Source: Rhodothermales bacterium
GTDB taxonomy: Bacteria > Bacteroidota > Rhodothermia > Rhodothermales > UBA10348
Assembly: GCA_047611125.1 (NCBI GenBank)
Contig: JBLFXH010000001.1
Span: forward strand, 654-64,653
Length of the DNA: 64,000 bases
Direction: 5' to 3'
The notes beneath the pieces were generated by a model, which saw only the letters and a program-made list of their open reading frames with translations, had not been told where the DNA came from and did no database searches. Position 1 is the stretch's first letter. Each line of letters begins with the position of its first letter. Made by a program: the position numbers and the translations under genes. Shown piece by piece: positions 8,212 to 15,844 of the stretch.

Positions 8212-9849
8212 ATGTGTGGAACTCGCATAATACCGCTGCTGATATGCCTCTGGGCTGCTGCCATCGGCCCTGTCGCGGGCCAGCCTGTACCAGCGGAATT
8301 CGGTCGGGCTACACGGCTATCCGGACAGGGGCGAGCGTTGGAGCTGTCTTCCGTGGCCCCGCGGGGTCCGGGTCTGGGAATGGTCTGGGAGAAACCTGTG
8401 GATCCCATCCGGGCAGCCGCCGACCTCCGCGCCATGGCCGATCTAGGCGTGCGGGCAATCCGGACCAACATATGGGAGGACGGTCCGCTCTTTGATCTTG
8501 CCGATACGCTGGGCATTCTGGTATTCCAGGAGCTGCCTGTGAGATACGCTACGGCGCCATCCTTGGCCGACTCACTGGCCTACATACTTCGACACGTGGA
8601 TCGAATTCGGGAGGGTGGCAGAGTTTACGCGCTCGGGCTCGCCTACGCGCCGGACACCTTCAATCCCGAGACATGCAGGCTGCTAGGCGAGATGTCCGCG
8701 GCCGCCGCCGATTCACTCCACACCTACATCGTATCCGAGTTTGAGGCGGACGAATCCTGTCCCGGTAGCGTCGATCTGATTTTCCTCCGCGAGGATCGCA
8801 GCCGTACCATCCCAGGAACTCAGTCAGGCGAGATAAGCTTCGCCGTGAACTCGGGACGGACCATGCTGGAAACAGAGGGCGCAGAACAGACGGAGTACTT
8901 CGCGAACCGCCTACCAGACCGCCTCTCGAGCGGAGTCTGGACCTTTATCTATCGATGGGCAGACGCGCCGGACCCGACTGCCTTCGCCGCGCGGCCAGGT
9001 AGAGGCAACTGGGGACTTCACCGCGACGACGGGTCTTCCCGCCCCGCTCTGGCCGTGGTGGAGGGTGCCGCCCGCCGGTCACAGCGGGCTTTCCCTCGCC
9101 CGGTCCCATTGCCCCCCGCCAGCCCTGCTAACGGCTATGTTCTTGCCGGTTGGACCATGGTGCTGGCGCTGCTGCTAGTCTACGCCCAGTCCCCGAGGTT
9201 CAGGTCAATGTCGGGACGCTACTTTGCCGCTCACGGCATCTACCGTAGGACGGTCGCAGACAATCGAGATGACCTCACAGTCTCCAATGTCACCGTCCTC
9301 TTGTGCGTGAGTCTGCTCTTCGGGATGGTGGGTGAGCGGGCGCTTCGCAGCTACGCCGATCACCGCGCCTACGCCGCGCTATGGAGTTGGTCCGGTGAAG
9401 GGACGCGCGCAGTCCTTAATTCCCTCATGGAAAGCCCCGTCATGCTCAGCCTACTGATCGCGCTGTTGGCGCTCCTAGTCGTCCTTCTTTGGATGATTGT
9501 CTGGTACTTGTTGGCGGCGCGAACCAGCGGAGGCACCTTCTCGCAGGTCATGACGCTGTCGATCTGGCCTCGATGGCCGGTCCTTGCAACGCTCCCTGTG
9601 GTCATGCTGGTGGCGGCAGGGTCATGGGGCGACGCGGCGGCGCGACTTTCTGTCGTTTGGGTACTGGCAACCGGAGTCTGGAGTACTGTTCGAACCAATC
9701 TGGACGCCTCACGCGTGCTTCGATTGCGTCCCCTTGGAGTTACGCTACTCTGGCTGTCCGCGCCAATCGTTCCCCTCCTCTTGGCTGCCCTCCTCCTGGC
9801 CGGTCGGTACGCGGACAAGTTGCACTATCTAGGGCAACTGGCCCGGTGA
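8212..9849 (+). CDS. Hypothetical protein: signal peptide, soluble N-terminal domain of about 300 aa, then a C-terminal polytopic (about 6 TM, Yip1-like) domain
   Basis: Signal-like 'IIPLLICLWAAAIGPVAGQ'. The N-terminal half has alternating beta/alpha character reminiscent of a glycosidase-type TIM barrel. The C-terminal half has six hydrophobic helices, e.g. 'VMLSLLIALLALLVVLLWMIVWYLLAA'. Confidence 0.5.
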   Translation: MCGTRIIPLLICLWAAAIGPVAGQPVPAEFGRATRLSGQGRALELSSVAPRGPGLGMVWEKPVDPIRAAADLRAMADLGVRAIRTNIWEDGPLFDLADTLGILVFQELPVRYATAPSLADSLAYILRHVDRIREGGRVYALGLAYAPDTFNPETCRLLGEMSAAAADSLHTYIVSEFEADESCPGSVDLIFLREDRSRTIPGTQSGEISFAVNSGRTMLETEGAEQTEYFANRLPDRLSSGVWTFIYRWADAPDPTAFAARPGRGNWGLHRDDGSSRPALAVVEGAARRSQRAFPRPVPLPPASPANGYVLAGWTMVLALLLVYAQSPRFRSMSGRYFAAHGIYRRTVADNRDDLTVSNVTVLLCVSLLFGMVGERALRSYADHRAYAALWSWSGEGTRAVLNSLMESPVMLSLLIALLALLVVLLWMIVWYLLAARTSGGTFSQVMTLSIWPRWPVLATLPVVMLVAAGSWGDAAARLSVVWVLATGVWSTVRTNLDASRVLRLRPLGVTLLWLSAPIVPLLLAALLLAGRYADKLHYLGQLAR

Positions 9850-9872
9850 CAACTAGTCTCCGTCGGCCCGCC

Positions 9873-10613
9873 TTAGGGTCTCCGGCTGACCTGAAGGTCG
9901 TCAAAGTCCACGACGGCTACTCCATCGACTGAATCCGAATCACTCCATAGGAAAACGGCCGTCGGCTTGTCGGGAGGCTGCCTTCCAAAGAGGCGCTCGA
10001 AATCCTCCCTGACATTGCGTTGATGCTGAATCCAATGCCCGAGGCCGTCTTCTCCCCACGAGGAGACCACGAGCAGCTTGAGCGCGCCATACGAATCTGT
10101 GTAGCCCGCTGGCATCGTCGAACTGTACGAATACTTGATACCGCGAGGACGCCCTAGCCAGTCCTGGTCAAAGAGGACATACACGGCCGCGCCAGTGTCG
10201 TTGAGCTTCGATCGATCTTCCCTGGCGCCGACCGGGAGTTCGTGTGCGCGCCATCGCCAACTAAGAACGGGCTGCTCCGAAACGTCCCAGTCCATGCCGT
10301 CGCCGCCCCGGAGGATGATCCTGTGCGCATTGTCGCGGACGGTCGCCCGGACAAACTTGTTGCCCCCTTCCTGCATGACCGTGAAGCGCTCCAAGTCCGT
10401 CTGCAGCAAGCCGGTGACGGGCTGCACATCTTTGCGATCCTGGTAGGTGTACCAGCCGGTCGGCAAGCCGCCGTCCGTAAAACGTTCGAAGTCCTCGAGG
10501 ATCGAGCACGCCCGACCGTCCAGACACGTAGACGATGCCTGTCCTGAGGCAAGGCCGGGGAGTTGAACACAAATAACCCCGGCAAGCAGGAAGGCGTAGG
10601 TTGTCAGACGCAT
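9873..10613 (-). CDS. DUF3047-family secreted protein
   Basis: Signal peptide 'FLLAGVICVQLPGLASGQ'. Family-like core: 'PVLSWRWRAHELPVGAREDRSKLNDTGAAVYVLFD', 'IKYSYSS', 'FLWSDSDSVDGVAVVDFDDL'. Confidence 0.65.
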   Translation of the reverse strand: MRLTTYAFLLAGVICVQLPGLASGQASSTCLDGRACSILEDFERFTDGGLPTGWYTYQDRKDVQPVTGLLQTDLERFTVMQEGGNKFVRATVRDNAHRIILRGGDGMDWDVSEQPVLSWRWRAHELPVGAREDRSKLNDTGAAVYVLFDQDWLGRPRGIKYSYSSTMPAGYTDSYGALKLLVVSSWGEDGLGHWIQHQRNVREDFERLFGRQPPDKPTAVFLWSDSDSVDGVAVVDFDDLQVSRRP

Positions 10614-10756
10614 GAACCGGAAAATATCCTCGTGAGGAAGTGTTCCGCCGTCGGGAAAAGTAACGAGGCGGGATACGCGTCTTGAACTCGCAATGACCGT
10701 TCCGTAAAAGACGCGGGAGCGGCCGGTGGCCAGTCGACACCAGGGAAGCCCAGCCC

Positions 10757-11497
10757 TCAGTCGTCCTTGGCTTTCAGGCTGCGCTCGGCATGGGCAAGCA
10801 TCTCGGGCGTGTCGACATCCTGCCAGAACCCGTCGCCGATATCCAGTGTCCTCATCCGGCCGCTGGCGGCCAGTGTCTGGACTCCGTCTGAGAGGGAGAC
10901 GTCCCCATGCGCCGCGAAATGCACCTCAAGTGCGGAGAGGAGACCCCTCGTACAGACGAAAACTCCCGTATCGATGCAGTTGTACTGCTCGATGGTCTTC
11001 CCGATCGAGGTGATTCGGTTGTCGGATTCCAGCACCTTAGTGGCGTCGTCCAGATCGAAGACCGAGTCAATATTGTAGTCGACCAGTAGGGTGGCCCCCC
11101 CGTCCACAGGCGCATGGGCTCCAGCCAGCTTCATCACATCGTCTCCAACCACGTGATCGGCCATCACCAACAGGAACGTGTCCCGGATGTGAGGGGTTGC
11201 CGCGAGAACGGAAACGCCGTTTTGGAGATCAAAACGCTCGTTCAATACGAAGCGGAGGGGAACGGACCCTGTGTACTCGCTCTCCAGCGCAGACTGGATT
11301 CCCTCAGACTCAAAACCGAGCACGATGACCACTTCCCGGCATCCTGAGAGGGTCAATCCTCTGACGGCTCGGAGAATCAGCGGCATTCCACCGACTCTAA
11401 TCAGCGGCTTAGGCTGATTGCCCGAATCATCCGAGGCGAGTCGCGACCCGAATCCGGCAGCGAGAATCACGCCTACCTTTCCCGGCATCTCACTCAC
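10757..11497 (-). CDS. Sugar/alcohol-phosphate nucleotidyltransferase, candidate CTP:inositol-1-phosphate cytidylyltransferase
   Basis: N-terminal NTP-transferase signature 'GVILAAGFGSRL...KPL', 'NCIDTGVFVC', C-terminal 'WQDVDTPEML'. GTGA overlap with the upstream inositol-phosphate synthase gene. The substrate assignment is inferred from context. Confidence 0.7.
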   Translation of the reverse strand: MSEMPGKVGVILAAGFGSRLASDDSGNQPKPLIRVGGMPLILRAVRGLTLSGCREVVIVLGFESEGIQSALESEYTGSVPLRFVLNERFDLQNGVSVLAATPHIRDTFLLVMADHVVGDDVMKLAGAHAPVDGGATLLVDYNIDSVFDLDDATKVLESDNRITSIGKTIEQYNCIDTGVFVCTRGLLSALEVHFAAHGDVSLSDGVQTLAASGRMRTLDIGDGFWQDVDTPEMLAHAERSLKAKDD

Positions 11498-12822
11498 GGG
11501 GCGTCGTGATGGGGCTCGTAGTTCTCGGAGAGGTGGGTCACTGGCTCGTGGCCGGCAATCACACGAAGCGTGTTCTTCAGGCGGAAGTGCTGGATGAAAA
11601 GGTCATGCTCCTGCACGTGTCCTTCGCCCACATGCGGCCCCTTGAAGTAGAAGGACAGCCATTCCTGAATACCGGATCGACCTGAACGGCCCGCCAGGTC
11701 AAGGAAGAGAGCCAGGTCGAGCACAATGGGTGCAGCAAGGATCGAGTCGCGACACAGGAAATCAACCTTGATCTGCATGGGATAGCCCATCCAGCCAAAG
11801 ATGTCAATGTTGTCCCAGCCTTCCTTCTCGTCGCCGCGCGGCGGGTAATAGTTGATCCGCACCTTGTGGTACAGATTGCCATAAAGCTCCGGATAGATTT
11901 CCGGCTGCAGAAGGGTGTCCAGGACCGCGGCCTTGGTCACCTCCTTGGCTCGAAAGCTGGACTCGTCGTCCAGAATCTCACCATCTCGGTTTCCAAGAAT
12001 GTTGGTAGAGAACCAGCCGGCAATTCCGAGCATCCGGGCCTTCATGCCAGGAGCCAGGATGGTCTTCATCAGTGTCTGGCCGGTCTTGAAGTCCTTTCCG
12101 GCGATCGGGACACCATTCTCAAGAGCCAGCTGCTCTAGGGCAGGAACGTCAGCCGAGAGGTTTGGCGCGCCGTTGGCGTAGGGCACCCCCTCCATAATGG
12201 CCGCGTAGGCATATAGCTGGGACGGGGAGATGGCCTCGTCATCCTCCTTCAGTCCCTTGCGGAAGGCGTCAATGTTGTCGTGGCAGGGGGCGGGCTTGAG
12301 ATAGATTTCGGTAGAGCCACACCAGACCATGACCGCACGATTCGCTCCGACTTCCGCCATCCGATGCCGGATGTCTGCCCTGAGCATCTCTGCGAGCTCA
12401 AACTTGTTGGCCGCCTTCTTAACGTTGGGACCGTCGAGTCGCTTGACGTACTTCTGGTCGAAGGCCGCCGACATCGGCTTGATGGTCGACAGGTAATCCT
12501 TTACGCCGTCCAGATGCTCCGATCGAAGCACCTTAGCCCTGACCGCAGCCTCGTAGGCGTTGTCCGGAAACACGTCCCAGGCACCAAATTCGATGCTCTC
12601 CAGGGGCGCCAGGTCCAGCAGATCCCGGATGAAGGGGTTCCGGCCCTCAGAGCGTGGCCCGATGCGGATGGTCTGCATTTGGCTCAGCGAGCCGATAGGA
12701 GATGCAAGACCCCTGCGCACGGCCTCAACACCGGCCATAAACGTGGTCGAAACGGCCCCGAGTCCTGGCGTCAGGACTAGAAGTTTTCCTGAGTCTGCCG
12801 GAGTGGTGGCGAAAGCGGACAT
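11494..12822 (-). CDS. ino1: myo-Inositol-1-phosphate (inositol-3-phosphate) synthase
   Basis: 442 aa. Contains 'WFSTNILGNRDGEIL' (the family's xNxLGNxDG motif), 'PYANGAPN' and 'IAGKDFKTGQTLMKT'. Overall length and pattern match bacterial/archaeal MIPS. Confidence 0.85.
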   Translation of the reverse strand: MSAFATTPADSGKLLVLTPGLGAVSTTFMAGVEAVRRGLASPIGSLSQMQTIRIGPRSEGRNPFIRDLLDLAPLESIEFGAWDVFPDNAYEAAVRAKVLRSEHLDGVKDYLSTIKPMSAAFDQKYVKRLDGPNVKKAANKFELAEMLRADIRHRMAEVGANRAVMVWCGSTEIYLKPAPCHDNIDAFRKGLKEDDEAISPSQLYAYAAIMEGVPYANGAPNLSADVPALEQLALENGVPIAGKDFKTGQTLMKTILAPGMKARMLGIAGWFSTNILGNRDGEILDDESSFRAKEVTKAAVLDTLLQPEIYPELYGNLYHKVRINYYPPRGDEKEGWDNIDIFGWMGYPMQIKVDFLCRDSILAAPIVLDLALFLDLAGRSGRSGIQEWLSFYFKGPHVGEGHVQEHDLFIQHFRLKNTLRVIAGHEPVTHLSENYEPHHDAP

Positions 12823-12943
12823 ATAGACGAAGAGACTGAATTTCAGGACGGAGGAGAGAGTGCTTCGCTCCTCACAATGCGCAATCTACGGATCCCCCGC
12901 TCAAGGCTGCGAACCACAGAGGAAGTCACAGCCAACAGACCGG

Positions 12944-15148
12944 TCAGGCCTCCTGCAGGACCGGCCCAACCTCGGTAGCAAGGGATACGTGTTGCTTGTC
13001 GCCAGCCAGTCGTTGCATGGCTTCCCAGATCCGATCCCGGTTGTGCCCATCGGCACCGAGCATATGCCGATCCAGGAACTCACGAGCGACCACACCGCAA
13101 CAATCCGGGTCAACCAGAGCCTTGTCGATCTGATCCAGTAGGTCGTCGAAATTGCGGGCAAGAAGGCCTCCGTGTTCCTCAGGGGGCAACTTCCAGATAT
13201 ACCGGGCCTTCTCCAGGTGTTTTTCGCGGACGCCCGTCCACCTGAGCTGGCGCCAGATAAAAGCCTCATCCGCCGAGCGAACCGGGTACACGTGTATGGT
13301 TGGCCTGCCCGTCGCGTAGAACAGGTTCGCAATGCTACTGAAGTTGGTTATAAGAACATCGGAGACCTGCAGGTCTAGATAATTATCCGGAGAGGTGTCC
13401 TTGAACTTCAGGCAGACATTCGGAAAACGTGCCGTGAGACGATCCAGAAACTCCCGGTAGGCGGCATCAAACCGGTAGGAGTCGTGGAGCCGAATGATGG
13501 CGTTGGCACCATGACTGTCGACTCTCTCCAGGAGGCGCCCGAAAAGGTCCGAATCCTTGCCCCAGTGCGCGAATACTTCGCCGTAGTGCCAGGTTGGGGC
13601 GATGAGAACCGTCTTCCGGTTGACCACATCGAACGGGTAATAGGGCTGCGCCAGATTCCTGTCCAGCGGCTCGACCAGATCGTCATGGCTCGCGGAGCCG
13701 AGCTGAATACAGTTGTCTGGATGAACCGCGCTCACCTCGGTTCGGTGCTTGAAGTCCCAAGGCCCGAAGGCCTGCCAGATCAGATTCCGTGACGGCTTCC
13801 GGATATCGTCCCAGGTGCGCTTCAGCGTGAGATGGAGCAGCCAGAATTCCTTTTCATCGTTGGGCCCCTTCCAGCCGAAGCCGTGCCACAGAATCAGGGC
13901 CCTCTTTGAAGTCCTGAAAAAGGGAATCCGATTGTCGATAATCGTAAGATCCCACTTTCTGGAGGGTAGGTGGTGGTACCACCGCCGCTTCACGATCTCC
14001 GCCTTCAGTGGGAAGAGCTTGGCGACTCCCTGTCTGAGGAAAGTATTCGGGTCGTCCATGACCACCCGGAGGGTTACCCCAGGCAACTGATCCAGATACC
14101 TAGTGAGACTCCAGAGATCAGCTCCAAATGTTGTTGCCCAGACGAGGACCCTCATCGAGACTGCCGCGGCAGCCGCAACTTCAGGCTCGGCCGCATGGCC
14201 CGGCTCCTGGTCCGCGGCGTCAAACACGGACCCGGCGGGCTTGAAATCCGGCTCGTCGCTGAAGTGCGTAGCGAGATAGAGGCCGAAATTCGTGGTTCGA
14301 ACCAGTACGCTGCTCACCAGCAGCATGCCCGCGATGGCCGTGGTAGCCTGGCCCAGCGAATCGGACAGTCCCATCCCCAGACTCAGGAAGAACAAGTCCT
14401 TGCTGGGCAGAAAGGGGACGCGGTTGAGGACGATGAGCAGGCAGAGATAAGTCAGCCAGACCGCGAGCCCGATGTCGGGCACTCCCACGCTCCATTGGAC
14501 CACGAACAGGCCGTTGACCACAATGAGTCGGCTGTAGTGGATCCCCAGAATCCGATAGGCGGTGGGCTTTGGAAGGGCAAAGAGGTAGGTGCGGAACTGG
14601 TAGAGGACCACCCCCAATGCAATCGTCAGTCCGAGGCCGATCAGGATCTGCGCCTGGGAGACATCGCCGAATATTTTGTTCAGCTCGAGAATCCCACTCC
14701 CGCCTAGGATGGCCAGAAGAGCGGCTGCCGTGGTCATTGAGGCCACAGAAGACAGGATATTGACGTCCCGGACGGCCCGAAATGCCTCATCCCTCGCGAC
14801 GCCGAGCTTCTTGTAAAGCCACCAGAAGAAGTACACTTCTCCCGAATAGCCCGCCATCTCCTCGTTGAAAACCCGCTTTCGGATCAGGGCTCGAAGCCCG
14901 GTCCATGAGGGCACTGGCCAGATCTGACGATAGGTGATCAGTTCTGCCAGCGGCTGGGTCAGGTAGATCACCAGAAACAGCGCATAGAACCAAGGCGACG
15001 TTGGCAGCGCCGCCAGTAGATCATTCCATCCCAGTTGCCCCAGTCGGTAGACCAGGTAAACCACGACGGCCAGTGTCATGAGCCGACCAGCCCACGGCAG
15101 AACCCGTTTGACCTGATCGCTCTGAAGGAGCGATGTGAGTCGGGTCAA
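12944..15148 (-). CDS. Fusion protein: N-terminal polytopic LPG-synthase-TM/flippase-like domain plus C-terminal TagB/TagF-type CDP-alcohol phosphotransferase domain
   Basis: N-terminal ~300 aa carry about 8 TM helices. The C-terminal half has Glyphos_transf-like motifs: 'LWHGFGWKG', 'VLIAPTWHYG', 'AIIRLHDS', 'VSDVLITNFSSIANLFYATGRPTIHVYP'. The start is uncertain: TTG 15148, or ATG 69 nt downstream (MTLAVVVY). Confidence 0.7.
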   Translation of the reverse strand: MTRLTSLLQSDQVKRVLPWAGRLMTLAVVVYLVYRLGQLGWNDLLAALPTSPWFYALFLVIYLTQPLAELITYRQIWPVPSWTGLRALIRKRVFNEEMAGYSGEVYFFWWLYKKLGVARDEAFRAVRDVNILSSVASMTTAAALLAILGGSGILELNKIFGDVSQAQILIGLGLTIALGVVLYQFRTYLFALPKPTAYRILGIHYSRLIVVNGLFVVQWSVGVPDIGLAVWLTYLCLLIVLNRVPFLPSKDLFFLSLGMGLSDSLGQATTAIAGMLLVSSVLVRTTNFGLYLATHFSDEPDFKPAGSVFDAADQEPGHAAEPEVAAAAAVSMRVLVWATTFGADLWSLTRYLDQLPGVTLRVVMDDPNTFLRQGVAKLFPLKAEIVKRRWYHHLPSRKWDLTIIDNRIPFFRTSKRALILWHGFGWKGPNDEKEFWLLHLTLKRTWDDIRKPSRNLIWQAFGPWDFKHRTEVSAVHPDNCIQLGSASHDDLVEPLDRNLAQPYYPFDVVNRKTVLIAPTWHYGEVFAHWGKDSDLFGRLLERVDSHGANAIIRLHDSYRFDAAYREFLDRLTARFPNVCLKFKDTSPDNYLDLQVSDVLITNFSSIANLFYATGRPTIHVYPVRSADEAFIWRQLRWTGVREKHLEKARYIWKLPPEEHGGLLARNFDDLLDQIDKALVDPDCCGVVAREFLDRHMLGADGHNRDRIWEAMQRLAGDKQHVSLATEVGPVLQEA

Positions 15149-15186
15149 GGTCTAATCGGTTGCCATAAGGTCTAATCGGTTGCCAT
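15147..15186. repeat. Perfect 20-bp tandem duplication (AAGGTCTAATCGGTTGCCAT x2) at a gene junction
   Basis: Read directly: 15147-15166 equals 15167-15186. On the minus strand each copy reads ATGGCAACCGATTAGACCTT. It spans the MlaC-like stop codon and supplies the TTG at 15148. Confidence 0.95.
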
Positions 15187-15801
15187 GTCGTCGCGACGCT
15201 TTTCCAGGCGCTCCATGAGGGTGTCGAATCCGCGCTTGCGGATCATGGTACGAAATGACCTGGAGTACCCCTCAACCGTGCTCACCTCGTCCAGAATGAT
15301 GTCAGTGGCCACCCATGTGTCGGCCTTCTGGACCAGTTTGTAGGCAACCACCATCGGAACGTCCTTGATGACCGTGGAGGTCACCACGTCAGCGGCGGCA
15401 TCGTTGACAGTGATCGACGTGTAGGTGACCGCAGCCCGATAGGGATCAAGGTTGGCAAGGGACTGGCTCCGCACTATATCTGAGAAGACGTCCACAAAGT
15501 GGGTCTGCTGCGCGGCGCTCAGCTCGGCCCAGTGGGGACCGAGTGCACCCTTGGCCATTTCGCCGAAGTCCAGGAAGCCGTTGACCACAGTGCGCAACTC
15601 AGCCTTCTTGGCAGCGGCCACTTCGGAGCCCTTAGGGCCCAGGAGTGCCTTGATTGAGGCATCGCGCTGCTCAAGAAGCGCTCTGATCTGGGTATCGGGC
15701 GCCTGTGCCTGGGAGATGCCCGGGCTGATCCCATTCCCGGCCATGAGTAGCAGGAAAACGGCAGCGGTGTTCAGAATTCGGGACAGTAGCATGCGTGACA
15801 T
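15172..15801 (-). CDS. MlaC/Ttg2D-family periplasmic phospholipid-binding protein
   Basis: Signal peptide followed by the toluene-tolerance family pattern: 'FLDFGEMAKGALGPHWAELSAAQQTHFVDVFSDIVRSQSLANL' and 'VATDIILDEVSTVEGYSRSF'. Confidence 0.75.
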   Translation of the reverse strand: MSRMLLSRILNTAAVFLLLMAGNGISPGISQAQAPDTQIRALLEQRDASIKALLGPKGSEVAAAKKAELRTVVNGFLDFGEMAKGALGPHWAELSAAQQTHFVDVFSDIVRSQSLANLDPYRAAVTYTSITVNDAAADVVTSTVIKDVPMVVAYKLVQKADTWVATDIILDEVSTVEGYSRSFRTMIRKRGFDTLMERLEKRRDDMATD

Positions 15802-15844
15802 GGTGTGCGATTGCTCAGTTTGCGTTCGCCATGAACCAGTTCAA

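Noticed and set aside
13970-14707. 245-aa ORF on the plus strand, and similar plus-strand ORFs at 12280..12780 and 11866..12138
   Set aside because: Antisense to the TagF-fusion and inositol-phosphate-synthase genes. Compositionally biased translations with no family resemblance.
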